A stretch of 64,000 bases of DNA from Octopus bimaculoides (GCF_001194135.2 NC_068982.1:55477887-55541886); one strand, 5' to 3'; shown: positions 12,386 through 26,153, numbered from the stretch's first letter. Numbers and translations are program-made. Notes: generated from the sequence alone by a model not told the origin.

Positions 12386-13500
12386 GGATCTTTTTGGTTT
12401 GACGGGCAACACTTGTTTTCTTAACGAAACACTTTCAAACTTGGGATACTTGTAGAATGTGTCATATAAAACATCTTTCTCTCTTAGCCTTCTTAACAAA
12501 GATTTATTCTTAATAAGTTATTTCATGTTAAAGTTGTCGTATTTCTGTAATTTCAACCAATCACTGACGTCTATTCAGCTGAATACAGTTACTGCTCTTT
12601 TTATAAACAATAATTTTTACCGGTGTTAAGAGTGTTATTCCCTGTTTAATTATATCATTATTCCTTAGTAAGGGTTTAGGGTTTTAGGGTTAGGGTTCGG
12701 GTTTTAGAGTTAGGGTTAGAGTTTTAGGGTTAGGGTTGGGGTTAGGGTTAGTGTTAGGGTTATGGTTATGAGTTATAGGGTTTTAGGGTTAGGGTTAAGG
12801 TTATGGCAAAAATAATCATAACCCTANNNNNNNNNNNNNNNNNNNNNNNNNNNNNNNNNNNNNNNNNNNNNNNNNNNNNNNNNNNNNNNNNNNNNNNNNN
12901 NNNNNNNNNNNNNNNNNNNNNNNNNNNNNNNNNNNNNNNNNNNNNNNNNNNNNNNNNNNNNNNNNNNNNNNNNNNNNNNNNNNNNNNNNNNNNNNNNNNN
13001 NNNNNNNNNNNNNNNNNNNNNNNNNNNNNNNNNNNNNNNNNNNNNNNNNNNNNNNNNNNNNNNNNNNNNNNNNNNNNNNNNNNNNNNNNNNNNNNNNNNN
13101 NNNNNNNNNNNNNNNNNNNNNNNNNNNNNNNNNNNNNNNNNNNNNNNNNNNNNNNNNNNNNNGTCATAAATAACAGTGACAAACGAAATATATACCGCTG
13201 ATAGTTGTTGTTGACAACGGATAGTTTTTGTTGACAAACAACGGCACTAATTTTATTCAAGGGAAAAGATCCCCTGACACCGTTGTTTACATTCCACGGC
13301 GTAATTGTTTTTTACCTCAATAGACGTCAGTGATTGGTTGAAATTACCGAAATACGACAATTTTTTACATGAAATAACTTCGAATACAAATTTTTTTATC
13401 TGTTCTATAACACAAAATATACAAGTATTCGAAGTTTGAAAGTGTTTCGGTACCAAAAACACTACATAAAAAAATGTTGCCCGTCAAACCAAAACGATCC
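12386..13500. mobile_element. Non-autonomous DNA transposon (MULE- or Merlin-like) with about 200-bp TIRs and an internal telomeric-type array
   Basis: TIRs start GGATC.TTTTGGTTTGACGGGCAAC; 8-bp TSD AAAGGTTT at 12378-12385 and 13501-13508; N gap 12827-13162. Confidence 0.8.
12670..12826. repeat. Degenerate interstitial (TTAGGG)n array that switches to the C-strand just before the gap
   Basis: TTAGGG, TTTTAGGG, TTCGGG, TTAGAG, TTGGGG and TTATGG units, then CATAACCCTA. Confidence 0.85.
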
Positions 13501-13916
13501 AAAGGTTTTATTATTGTATGAAAGTTTTACAAGCTGGAGAAAACAGCTCGGGTTCAAACTGAAGTAGAAACCGGCTATATGCCCCAACCCCAACCTTCAC
13601 CTTTTCTTAAACCAACAATTTTGTGTTACGACGATTATAAACAATTCTTCAATATATGTGCGGGCAGAAAAAATTGCAGGGAACAGCTGCACATACTTTT
13701 CAATTATTTTTAAAGTATTCATCAGGGGCTGTGTATCATTGTTTAGTATACACAAACACATTGCTTATAAACCCTTTAAAATCAGAGTTTAAAATAGAGT
13801 TCATTGACCATATTTAACAACTTCTTGACAGTGAGACCAAACATTGAATTAATAGTGTTTCCTTTCTTTGCAATAATGTTCTATTGTACTGTAGAGTATA
13901 ACTATAGATTAACTGC

Positions 13917-14289
13917 GGAGGCGCAATGGCCCAGTGGTTAGGGCAGTGGACTCGCGGTTTCGATTCCCAGACCGGGCGTTGTGAGTGTTTATTGAGGGAA
14001 AACACCTAAAGCTCCACGAGGCTCCGGCAGAGGGTGGTGGCAAACTCTGCTGTACTCTTTCACCACAACTTTCTCTCACTCTTTCTTCCTGTTTCTGTTG
14101 TACCTGTATTTCAAAGGATCAGCCTTGTCACACTGTGTCACGCTGAATATCCCCGAAAACTACGTTAAGGGTACACGTGTCTGTGGAGTGCTCAGCCACT
14201 TGCACGTTAATTTCACGAGCAGGCTGTTCCATTGATCGGATCAACTGGAACCCTCGACGTCGTAAGCGACGAAGTGCCAACAACAACAA
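13917..14289 (+). mobile_element. Full-length tRNA-derived SINE
   Basis: GGAGGCGCAATGGCCCAGTGGTTAGGG head and (CAA)n tail; TAGATTA repeated on both flanks (right TSD cut by gap); inverted twin at 60380-60722. Confidence 0.85.
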
Positions 14290-14974
14290 TAGATTANNNN
14301 NNNNNNNNNNNNNNNNNNNNNNNNNNNNNNNNNNNNNNNNNNNNNNNNNNNNNNNNNNNNNNNNNNNNNNNNNNNNNNNNNNNNNNNNNNNNNNNNNNNN
14401 NNNNNNNNNNNNNNNNNNNNNNNNNNNNNNNNNNNNNNNNNNNNNNNNNNNNNNNNNNNNNNNNNNNNNNNNNNNNNNNNNNNNNNNNNNNNNNNNNNNN
14501 NNNNNNNNNNNNNNNNNNNNNNNNNNNNNNNNNNNNNNNNNNNNNNNNNNNNNNNNNNNNNNNNNNNNNNNNNNNNNNNNNNNNNNNNNNNNNNNNNNNN
14601 NNNNNNNNNNNNNNNNNNNNNNNNNNNNNNNNNNNNNNNNNNNNNNNNNNNNNNNNNNNNNNNNNNNNNNNNNNNNNNNNNNNNNNNNNNNNNNNNNNNN
14701 NNNNNNNNNNNNNNNNNNNNNNNNNNNNNNNNNNNNNNNNNNNNNNNNNNNNNNNNNNNNNNNNNNNNNNNNNNNNNNNNNNNNNNNNNNNNNNNNNNNN
14801 NNNNNNNNNNNNNNNNNNNNNNNNNNNNNNNNNNNNNNNNNNNNNNNNNNNNNNNNNNNNNNNNNNNNNNNNNNNNNNNNNNNNNNNNNNNNNNNNNNNN
14901 NNNNNNNNNNNNNNNNNNNNNNNNNNNNNNNNNNNNNNNNNNNNNNNNNNNNNNNNNNNNNNNNNNNNNNNNNN

Positions 14975-15310
14975 ATCTGCTGTAATATCTCACATATACA
15001 TACATGTATCACTCACATACACACTTTTCTTTGTATGACGGCCTGTCTTTGATTGTGTTCTTATATGTCGCATTCACACTCTCACATACACATACATCTT
15101 TAACGCTACAATAAATATTTCTGTTATTCATCTTATACGGTTGTGGTCTTTCATTACTGGTCATCTATGTTATCGTAGCATAACATTATGTATATCATCT
15201 ATGATATATTATTTTGTGTTCGACCGTGTGACACGTTTAACTAAAAGGAGTCCTCTGTTTTTCCATTCGTCACCATTTCTCCTTTTTGAGTTCGCACGGT
15301 CGTCCTTACA
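14975..15310 (+). mobile_element. LTR fragment of the family at 43955 and 42480
   Basis: Matches reverse complement of 43955-44240; ends GGTCGTCCTTACA; contains AATAAA. Confidence 0.7.
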
Positions 15311-16239
15311 ATTTGTACTTTAAGCAATGTACTTGTAAATACTTAATGATTCGTGTACCACTACAAAAAAATCTCCCAAAGAATCAAAATGTGTATACAG
15401 CTGTTTGCCCTTTCTCTGTTTGTATTCATTGTATAGCCGAATTGCTTACAATTGTTAACTATTTATTGCGAAATTCTATAGATATGTATGTATGCATGAG
15501 TGCATGTGCGTGTGTGTATGTGCAGACAACAATATAGTTTTATTAATTTGTTTGTGAGTTATACTAAAATATAATTCTCTTTTGCACCAATAGCTACGGC
15601 TGATGTTGCCTAATTTTATTTGCCTTTCTTTCCTTTGTTCGGCTAGAAATTAGCTTTTTCATTTTAAACTAGACTGAATATGTCTTTGTTGATACCCGTC
15701 TGAATACAGCATGCCTAGGTCAACATTTGATGTTTAGGTGTGACAAACAATGGAATAGGCCGAGTAGTAACGATTATGATTTTTAGGTACAAAAAGACAT
15801 TTGTTACAAGCAGACAGAGTGGAGAAATAACACACTATATATATCCATGTTCACAAAGAAATTATACTTGCTGAAATGATAGGAGCTTTGTTCTCTTTTG
15901 TAGCTTATTTCAAGTGAAAGTTAATGAAAGCAGAATAATGAAGCGCATCCATATGTACACAGACATGACAGAAATAAATAGCCACCCTTATAGTTGTTAA
16001 AATTTCTTTAAATCTGAAATTATATATTCATATTGTTTATTAATTATCATAATGTGAACATCTAAAATTTAGTAGACATACCTTTTGCACTTTTCAATGC
16101 AAGGACCCAATTAGGCATGCTACTGATCAGATGATGAATATTCTCTTGAAGAATTTCTTGCTAAGTTTCATGCAGTAACCTCAAAAGATCTAACTTTGAG
16201 GATGCTTTCTTGTTTTTGTTTTTTTTTACCCCAGAGGTG

Positions 16240-17060
16240 TTCAATAGGGTTCATATCTCGTGACCAGCTTGGTCATGGAAGCTCTTCAATGCCATTCTCT
16301 TCCAACCAATCTTGGGTTCTTTTAGCTGTATGACAAGGAGCCCCATCTTCCATAAATAAAGAGTCTTCTTTAATCATTTCAGCACTAGAGAAGGTTGGAA
16401 CGAGTCCTTTCTGCAATATGGACATATTTTTTATCTGAGTTTACGTTTCCCTCACACTCCACCAGCTCTGATCAACCATTGCTCCAAATTTCTCCCCAGA
16501 CCATCATAGAATAGCCGTTGTGTTTCATTGTTGGCTGCAATTTTTCTCATCAAATTGTTGATCAATTTCCAGACCCATGCTCAACCATTGTCAGAAAATA
16601 CACCAAATCTGGACTCATCAGAGAATATAACAGTGTCCCAAAATGCTAGTGGCCTCTCCACCATCTCACTAGCCCAATCTTTTCTCTTAGCTTGTGGAAG
16701 AAATGGCTTCTTTCTTGCTGCTCTGCCATAGTAGCCAAGTTTGTGGAGATAGTTGGTAGCTTTTCTGGGACTAACATCAATTTGTTCTGCTATGTCAGAG
16801 GCCTTGCAACAAGGATTATCCTCCACACTTCTCTTAACAAAGGGCTCTGGGTGACCTGGGCGAGGTGATATGGACTCCTTCCTCTCTCTGATGAATAACA
16901 CAATCACTCTATTAACTGCAGAAAGCGGAATCCCAAAGTTTTCTGAGATTTTACGCTAAGTCCACTTTCAGATTGACTCACGATAGGGCCTCTTTGAAAT
17001 TCGAACAGTTCCAAAGCTTCTTTGTACGTGACATGATTAAACAGTCACATATGGAACCTG
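16240..17060 (-). mobile_element. Tc1-like transposase remnant
   Basis: ORF 16581-16907 has RKKPFL and VIFSDESRF; downstream EDGAPCHTAK and MNPIEHLW complete a DDE triad; stops present. Confidence 0.85.
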
Positions 17061-17109
17061 AAACATAAAAATGTCAATTAATAAAAATATATAAACCTTT
17101 TCAAATTAA

Positions 17110-17480
17110 AACAAGAGCACTCAGAGATCGCAAACCTCCGCCAAAGCAACACCAACGTCCTCTAGATGGTTAGCCGATGATTTTTTAAATGAGAACATCT
17201 GAAATAAACTCGACTGCTCTCACAAACGAGAATACTAAAAATGAACCCGACCGTTCTCAAAAATTAAGTAAATAAAACCGGAAAAATAATCCAGCATCCT
17301 TGTCTGGTACCGGATCGATCCCAAAATCTAATCAGTTGGTGCCAGTCACGAGACCAAACATCCTTGAAAATTTAATCCGAATCCATCCAGCAGTTCTTGA
17401 GATATCTTGTTCACGGACAAACAATCAAACAAACACGACTGAAAACGATACCTCCGCCTTCGCTAAGGTGGAGGTAATAA
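17110..17480 (+). mobile_element. Helentron/Helitron2-type non-autonomous element
   Basis: Subterminal ACCTCCGCC near the 5' end and 3' hairpin ACCTCCGCCTTCGCTAAGGTGGAGGT; no TSD. Confidence 0.55.
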
Positions 17481-17571
17481 ACATAAAACAATGTTTTATA
17501 AAGTGGCTATTTTCTTCTGTCATGTCTGTGTATACGTGAAAGGGCATTTGGTACGACATTTTCTTTCATCT

Positions 17572-17946
17572 TTTCTTTTACTTGTTTCAGTCATTAGACC
17601 GCGGCTACGCTGGAGCACCGCTTTGAAGGGTTTACTTGAAGAAACAGAGCCTACTACTTATTTTTAAGCGTCGTACGTATTCTATCATTTCTTTTTGCCG
17701 AACCGCTAAGCTACGGAGACGTAAACAAACCAACATCGGTTGTCATGAAGTGGTGAGGGACAAACATAAACACATACATCCATCCAGACATACATACACA
17801 ACGAGCTTCCACAAAGCTTTCTTCTACCAAGTTCACTCACAAGGCATTGATCGGTCTGGGACTATTTTAGAAGACATGCAAGGCACTGTGCAGTGGGACT
17901 GAACCCTAAACCACGTGGTTGCAAAGTGATCCGCTTAACCACATAG
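17572..17946 (-). mobile_element. tRNA-derived SINE, family of 1683-2080
   Basis: TTACTTGTTTCAGTCATTAGAC..GCCGAACCGCTAAG..CACTCACAAGGC..GGGACTGAACCC. Confidence 0.75.
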
Positions 17947-18201
17947 TTGTGTCTTTTGATGTGCCTGACATAATTTATATTTTGAAAAATAAAGTTGTCG
18001 CGAGGTTTGCTTGACGCATGAGTTGAGCTTGTCACTGAAGATATACTTCAGAAGTATGCTTCACCATTGCCAAAGTGGTCGGTTTTATTAACATTGCGTA
18101 GTGTACATGTGTATGTTGTTGGTTGTGAGAATGATAACTAAAGCAAACTCATGAACATTTAACTTGATATTTATTGCCGGACAAAATGATATTTAGTGTT
18201 A

Positions 18202-19250
18202 TTAGGTTGTTCGGAAAATAATGTTCGATTTTCCGAAAATATTTTTTCCAATTTGATTTAAGATGTTGTTTTTATAGTGTTTTAGACGAAATTTTACTTG
18301 CTTAATAATTGATGTATACTCTTTAATAAATTTTTATTGATTTCTTTCCGAATATAATTATGAAGCGTAGAAACCCCTAATTTCAAACATGAAGAAAGCA
18401 AAACATGCGTTTACCTTTTTTTGTATGAATTCAGCCTTAGACATAATGCTTCCTAAACAGCCACCAATATCAAAAGAGCATGGGGGTGAAGGATCCACTA
18501 GTGATCGAACGGTAAAACGGTTGTTTGAGAGATTCCGTAGTGAGGATGAGAGCCTTGAAGATCAAGAAGGTAGATGATGTGCGTCTTCCTTCGATGATCA
18601 ACATTTAAAAACAATACAGCTTTCTGGAACCTAACCAGAGCATTACATTGGAAGTTTACTGTAGGCAACTGGAAGAAATGCATGTTTGAGCAAAACGAGA
18701 CCTGCACTTGTTAATCGACGTGGTCTAATTCTGCTCCACAACAACGCTCGACCGTACGTTTCAGGATGAACCTGCAGAAGCTCACAGACATGGAATACGA
18801 GACTTTACCGCATCTTCCATATTCTCCTGATCTTTCAACCACTGACTACGTCTTTTTCGAGCATCCAGACACTTCTTTTTGATTGACCGTATGATTTCAA
18901 ACTGATAGCTTTCTATGTTTCGAGAGCAGTTTTTCTCTCTATCCTATTCAGCAATTATTAATATTATTCATTGAAAATATATATTAGGTTGTTCGGAAAA
19001 TAATGGCCGATTTTTAAAATAAGCCTATATTTTTGAAAAAAAACTGAACTTAATCAAAGGTCTAATTATTCTAAATATGATTCCTGAAGAGGTCATTTAT
19101 GCCTCTTCGATAAAAAAATCCAAAGGGTTTGATGTCAAGAAATCCTTGAATTCAATTTCGACCTCAGTTTTGGAACAGAAGGTTTATTTATTTATTTTCT
19201 ATTTATTTTTATTTATTTTTATTTTGCTTTAAAAGAAGTGTCTGGATGCT
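18202..19250 (+). mobile_element. mariner element, internally deleted, with its 3' end inverted
   Basis: TA + TIR TTAGGTTGTTCGGAAAATAATG at 18202 and again at 18984; transposase traces GSTSDRTVKRLFERFRSEDESLED, HNNARPY and YSPDLSTTDY. Confidence 0.8.
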
Positions 19251-19334
19251 TGTATTTGACAAGTTCTAGAGAGGAACGAAAGCGCTAATAATAATGAAGA
19301 AATAAAAGGATTTTTTTCCAAAATTCCGACGACT

Positions 19335-20072
19335 TTTTTCTCGGGGCTGGCCAGATTGGAGCAATATCGAGAATAACCAGCCGAAATTACAAGGATAATC
19401 TGGATCTCGACTGAGGAAAGAAAACTCCCAATGACCTGTCCTTGTTTTCTTTGTATCGTCTATCTGGATGTTTTGTCCCTTTCTTGTATCACCTAACTTT
19501 CTGGATGTTTTTCGCCCTTGTCCCATTCTGTATTATTTATACATGTATATATATAGCGGCGTACGTACACCTTGTCTCTTATATGTAAGTATACATCTTT
19601 CTAAATCTTGTATGACTCTATTTCTGTCTATTAGCCCCTTCACCCTTATTCGTTCCTTCCACTGTTCGTTCTTTCATTCCTCCTCGCTCACATTTCCTTG
19701 CCTTCTCTTCTTTCCCTCCACTTTTCCCTTCACTGTGTCCCTATTATTTTATCTCGCCCCTCCCTAATTCTTTTGTCCCTCTACCTCTCTCTCTTCTCTT
19801 CCTACGTGACCGGTGTTCGGCCAAGCGTGATCTTTCTTTTTTCGCCGGCCGTTTGCGTGCAACATCGTTATTCCTCCCTGTGCCTGTGAAATCTTGTATT
19901 CCTGCCATAAAGCCTTATTTCCACACACGCCAGCTTAATTTAATTCGTCCTTAGTCGAAAGACATCTGTTGTTATGTCCTGTTTTATTATTTTTATTGTA
20001 TTTGTGTAACATTGTTCGTTTTTTTCCGTCCTTGTTTTTGTATACATTCGCTGCTTTCTTCCAAGGAATCTA
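19335..20072. repeat. Pyrimidine-rich interspersed repeat (LTR- or pseudo-LTR-like) abutting the NUMT
   Basis: Distinct CpG-containing block between the mariner and the mtDNA insert; class not determined. Confidence 0.4.
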
Positions 20073-20133
20073 AGAAATAAGAATCAAAATAGAAAAAAAG
20101 TATGATTCAATTTAAAGGGGTAAGTTGAGGCAT
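20073..20133 (-). pseudogene. atp8: NUMT: atp8 5' fragment
   Basis: ATG CCT CAA CTT ACC CCT TTA AAT TGA = MPQLTPLNW in the invertebrate mitochondrial code, directly after trnD. Confidence 0.85.
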
Positions 20134-20134
20134 G

Positions 20135-20199
20135 TAAAAAGTACTATACTATAGTAATTTAAATTTGACAAATATATGTTATTGATTAACTAACTTTTT
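20135..20199 (-). pseudogene. trnD: NUMT: mitochondrial tRNA-Asp
   Basis: AAAAAGTTAGTTAA..ATTTGTCAAAT..TACTTTTT with GTC anticodon, between cox2 and atp8. Confidence 0.85.
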
Positions 20200-20830
20200 A
20201 TCTGTTTATGTTTAATAATCAGTTGTTAAAAGTATTTATATTTAACGATTTCAAGTGTAATAGGTGTAAATGAGTGATTTACTCCACAAATTTCAGAACA
20301 TTGTCCATAATATAATCCGGGCCGATTGGAGTATAAGTTTAATTGATTAAGTCGTCTTGGAATAGCATCTACCTTTACTCCTAGGGAGGGGATTGTTCAA
20401 GAGTGAATAACACCAGTGGATGAAATGATTATTCGAGTGTTTGTTTTTATTGGGATAATTAAATGGTGGTCTGTTTCTAGTAGGCGGAATGAACCTTCGT
20501 TTAATTCATATAAAGGAATTATATAAGAATAATGCTTTGACTGTAAGAAGAGAGAGGGTTGATAGATTCATCTAGAAGATATAATAATTTAAAAGATGGA
20601 AGAGCAAGAAATAATAAAAAATTCTGGGAATGATTGTTTAAATTGTTTCGATTTGTCTTTCTGTAATTATTAATGAAGAAAATTTATTTGTTATTTGTAG
20701 GATTGTAATATATATTACTAGTGTTATGATAATTGTAAGAATAAAAAAAGAATGATCATGAAAAAAAATAAGTTGTGCTATAAGTGGTGAATTTGCATCT
20801 TGAAATCCAAATTGTCCTCCATTGGGTCAT
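20200..20830 (-). pseudogene. cox2: NUMT: cox2, frameshifted with an internal deletion
   Basis: GFQDANSP start region, [18 protein letters not shown] and [11 protein letters not shown]; the GHQWYWSYEY segment is missing near 20531. Confidence 0.92.
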
Positions 20831-20841
20831 AATATATTTAA

Positions 20842-21484
<643 letters not shown>

Positions 21485-21569
21485 GCCCGTTAATTTTCAT
21501 GGGTTCATGCACACCTTAACGAGTCTTGTTTTTTTAATGCTCCAGGTCCGACGACGCACAAAAGTGACT

Positions 21570-22160
21570 TCATACATACATACATACATACATACATACA
21601 CACACACACATATATATGATATTATAAGGATATAGACACATATACATATATATATATATATGAGTACATATACGTATATATGTGCATATATAGCCATGAA
21701 TATATGAGTGTATATAAATATGTGTGTGCGCGCGTGCGTGTATATACTCAGTATATACTATTGTAACAGTATTTTGATTCTTCGTTACAAGTTACTCTAG
21801 AATATACCTATTGATTTATTACCCAAAGCAGTATGCAGCAACGAATCTAAACAATACATATTTACAGTATGTTCGTGGACATAAAAAGATGAAACGGCTG
21901 TACACACATTCTAATACAATTCTTCTCGAGAGTTCACAAGCAGCTGTGCACTCTTTTTAACTATCCAAGAACACACGGCTCATAAACTATTATTTAGAGG
22001 CAAAGTAATTTACTTAACCCTTTCCTGGTAGCTACCGTATTTCTCAGCGTCGCGTCCTCGAGGATGCACCCTAATTTTGACAACAAAAATTTGAAAAAAA
22101 AAAGAATAAATAACTAAAATATAAAAATAAGGTTCCGGCACTTCGGGTCTTGTTACCTTC
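21570..22160 (+). repeat. About 600-bp block duplicated in direct orientation at about 26090-26730; includes a TTAA|CCCTTT piggyBac-like end
   Basis: Near-identical text, e.g. GTTACAAGTTACTCTAGAATATACCTATTGATTTATTACCC and CAGCGTCGCGTC.TCGAGGATGCACCC. Confidence 0.85.
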
Positions 22161-22464
22161 ACAGATGTAATGAAAAAAATACAAAACATCACTAACCTCC
22201 AGCATGTCACTTAAAATGTTCCTAACATTTATTTTGGCTGTTCGTCTAATACGTATTTGCGTTATCCCTTACGTTGGCTAACCGTGACTGTCTTCCGTTG
22301 TAACCCCACACTCGCACCTGTAAAACTAACAAAAGGCAGCACACACCTACCTTAACAATTTGTTTTTCTGGGACCGTCAGTACAGAGACATAATATGGTA
22401 AGTTTATTCTCAAAGTTTATGTCTACCGTTATGTACCCACTGTAATAATGTAATTACACTACAA

Positions 22465-22725
22465 CAGGGATGAATTCAGAGGGGGATAGGGGGATGCAGC
22501 CCCCACCACTAACCAAGAAACTTTTCAAATGTGAGTGTTTTGTTTAAATATGTATGATGGAAAACATATTTTTGAAGCAGCAACAAACAACGCTTGAATG
22601 GTTCAGTATAGAAATTAATTTTTTCAGTATCTCTTAACATATATTATACTGTCATTTCATTGATCAATTGCAATGAATCAGACCTCAGCCCCACACCCTA
22701 CCAAAAATTTTTGGATCCACTCCTC
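22465..22725. mobile_element. Degenerate hAT-like MITE
   Basis: Starts CAGGGATGAATTCAG, ends TTGGATCCACTCCTC; 8-bp flanks CACTACAA / CACTACGA. Confidence 0.5.
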
Positions 22726-24150
22726 CACTACGATACTCCAGTTCAACTATTCACTGTTCGGCCCAGCAGTGATTTTTATCTTCATCAGTGTTTCGTCAGG
22801 AAGGTTCTTGGCCAATAGTGTCTCAGTTCATGCAAGTGGATGAGGCTACAGCTGGTGCAGTATTTTAAGATTTTGGTAGTATTGCATGCAGACTTATTAC
22901 TTTACATTTTTTTGTCCCAGACAAAGGAAAAACTAAACTCCACAATAGGAAAATTGTTGTAAGAAATACGAATAAAATTTTTATTGCACAGTTACACTTT
23001 GTAAAAATACCACATGAACATAACATCCCAAATAGAACAAAAAAAATGATATAATGATTATAGTAAAATCTACTCAATAAAAAACATTTCAATCATAAAA
23101 TCCTGGAAATATTTTGCTTATTGCTACCATTTATAGAAGTACTACACAAGCATGACATCCCAAATAGAATAAAATAAAAACAGAATAGAGATTAAAATCT
23201 GCACAGTTGAAATATTACAAGTAAGAAAACATTTTAATCTTCAAATCGTGAAAATATTTCACGTTATTACTACTTGTAAAACTTTCACACGGCCATGGCA
23301 AAACAAACTCAATGTACATATTGTCTGGATTCTAACATAAGGGAAAACATTTATTTCAAGAAATGGCCGCAGTCTAATAACTGCAACAAGTAAAAATAAG
23401 AAAAATTCTGGAGTCAATACATTCGACTAAAAATTCTTCAAGGTGGAGCCCCAGCAGAGCCAGTCTAATGACTGAAACAAGTAAAAGGTGAAAAAATTCC
23501 AATCTATGAAAAGTTTCTGTTCTACAATATTCTTAAAGGAACGAAAAATTATCCAGCAACTCGAGCTAATACGAACGAGCTTGGTAGGTGTAAAAGACTA
23601 ACTAGCATATCTTGTCAAGAGTACAGGTGACAATGAGATCGCTAATGTTTGTTGTGCACTCCGTTGCCGTTATTTGATTGTTGTTATCCTGTGCATCTAT
23701 GTTTAAAGATCAGCTGTGTTTTGCTGAGTTGCTTTATTTTTACCCTTAACTTAGAAATGGAGAAAGACATAGTGCTAGTTATAAAAAATAAACCATTTGG
23801 GGCTAGAAATGAAGCGGGAAAACGTGAAATTCTTCGAGCAAGCACGTGCCTTATGTGAAATTTGTGATGAGCACGAGTGATGTTGATGACTTGGAGTCGC
23901 CTCTGATGTCTATCTATCTATCTATCTATCTATTTATCTATTTATCTATAAATATAATTTAAATAATAAGGGTGAAAAATTGAATATTAATTTGATTAAT
24001 ATCAATTTAAAACCAGTGGCCTAGCATATTGAAAAATCTGAAGATGCAGAAAAATTATATTACATACACATAAGAGGGATGACCACTAAGTGGACATCCA
24101 TTATGCTAGAAGACCACCTATGATCTGACTACTAAGAAAAGATTGTTCTG

Positions 24151-24705
24151 AAGAAAATTCTGCAAACGCCAGAACGTAAGCGAGCAAGTCAAATGAAAAG
24201 CTACAAAATACAAAGATTAATCACAAATCGGTTTCGTTGTTACCACTTATGTAATTACTTACGTAATTGTCCGCAACTCATTAGTGTGATCGTCATAGCA
24301 ATATAATTTGCAGAACTATACACGAGACGTCCGCATGAGATTGAATGTGTATATAGTTCAACCAATTACATTTGGAGTTATATTTCAAAAGTCTTCGTTT
24401 TGGTGCGCCAAATACCGGAAATAATTCTGCAGAAAATAATTCGCGGCAGAGAATTTTGCCGGTTAGAGATCAAAACGAAGACTTGAAATATAACCCCAAA
24501 TGTAATTGGTAGAACTATGTACATGTTCAATCTCATGCGGACGTCTCGTGTATAGTTCTGCAAATTATATTGCTATGACGATCACACATGAGTTGCGGAC
24601 AATTACGTAAGTGGTAACAACGAAACCAGTTTGTGATTAATCTTTATATTTGCATTTTTTCATTTGTCTTGTTCGCTTATGTTCTGGCGTTTGCTGAATT
24701 TTCTT
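24151..24705. mobile_element. Foldback element with about 240-250 bp inverted arms
   Basis: 24151-24402 pairs with 24471-24705; spacer partly self-complementary. Confidence 0.85.
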
Positions 24706-26153
24706 GAGTAGTAAGGAGTCATGTCTTCTGTTATTCTATTCTACTTATTTGTTTTCGAATGAATATATTTTGTTTACTTAAAAATTGGAATTTTGAAAAA
24801 TAAAAGTTTTTGTTTTTACAACCGCGATTTCCGTTTTTGTTTATGTGAAATTATATAAATTTTTTTTTTTTAAGATTTGGCTGTTATTTCAAGCATGTGG
24901 CGCGATCTTCTAGGCTTAACTTCATGTGCTGGTTGAAAATCACGTAAAAATGATTCTGGGATCGATACATTCAACTAAAAATTCCTCGAAGTGATGCCCC
25001 AGCATGGTGACAGTCTAACGACTGCAACAAGTAAAAAGAAAAAAATGACAAAATAATCGAAAAATGTAACCGTCGGGCTTTTGTCCGAAAAGCTTTTGTC
25101 CGTGAGGCTTTTGTCCGTGGCCGCTTTTGTCCAGATCCCAGGATAAACACACCTCTTATTTTTGTGATAAATGTGCTGACCGATTACATCAACATACCCA
25201 CCCGTTTTTCCCCGTTAAATTTAGGAACTATGATTTCAATGTGGTAAATATGTAAAGATGTGCAAATTATGCGTAATTTAAGAAATGGTGGCGAGTGAAA
25301 ATTTTGTTAAAAAGAATTATAATTCTATCTACTAATGACTACGTCCTTCCACCCCGTTATTCAAGTTTATATACCCTAATATTAGACCATTTTATATTGT
25401 CAATATATAGTGAAAACGTATAATTTTATTTACAAACTTTCCCTTAGTTAGGTTGCCTGGTCAGAAGCACAAAATAAAAAAAGGAGTAAAAGAATGGTAA
25501 TGGATTATTAGTTGGTGATTTAAACTCATTTCCCCTGCCCAGTAAAATGGAATGTAACCACATCCCGATGTACATAGTTTGCGACGAATTAAAATATGCG
25601 CTCAGGCAGGTGATGATGGAATAGCGACAGAAAAATGCAGGTCATTAAATATTGTTCGCAAATATTAGTAGTCACCTAAAGATTCCATTATTGTTCAGTA
25701 ATTATTGTAAAATTTGAATAGTTACATTAACAGTAGTTGACTACTAAGTTCAAGAAACGTCGTTGGTTACGTAACGCAAAATATTTCCAATATGAAAATT
25801 AGAAGTACAAGCCAACATTTACCGGAAGAAAAAGAACAAAAAGATAACATTTCAAATCATCCCATTTGTAACTTGCCCATATATGTAAGATTCTCTAAGA
25901 TCAGTGTTCTTAACCAAAGATTTCTAGACACACCTTTACAAGTGTTCCCTAAATTCTTTCTTCATAACTATCAGAAAAATGGATATTTTTAAACAGAATT
26001 TTCTAGAAATACATATCATGGTGGAATAAATTATGAGTATTTATAGAATTTAATGAGAAAAACAAATTGGTGGATGCGCATACATACATACATACATACG
26101 TACATACATACATACATACATATATACATAAATATATACATGCATGCATGCAT

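Noticed and set aside
12670-12826. Ancient telomere-telomere fusion site
   Set aside because: The array lies inside TIRs with a perfect 8-bp TSD, so transposon cargo is the simpler reading
14128-15052. Long ORFs crossing N runs (also 12766, 37882, 44951, 57325)
   Set aside because: Artefacts of assembly gaps
20135-20199. Functional nuclear tRNA-Asp
   Set aside because: Mitochondrial-type tRNA inside a decayed NUMT; no Pol III A/B boxes
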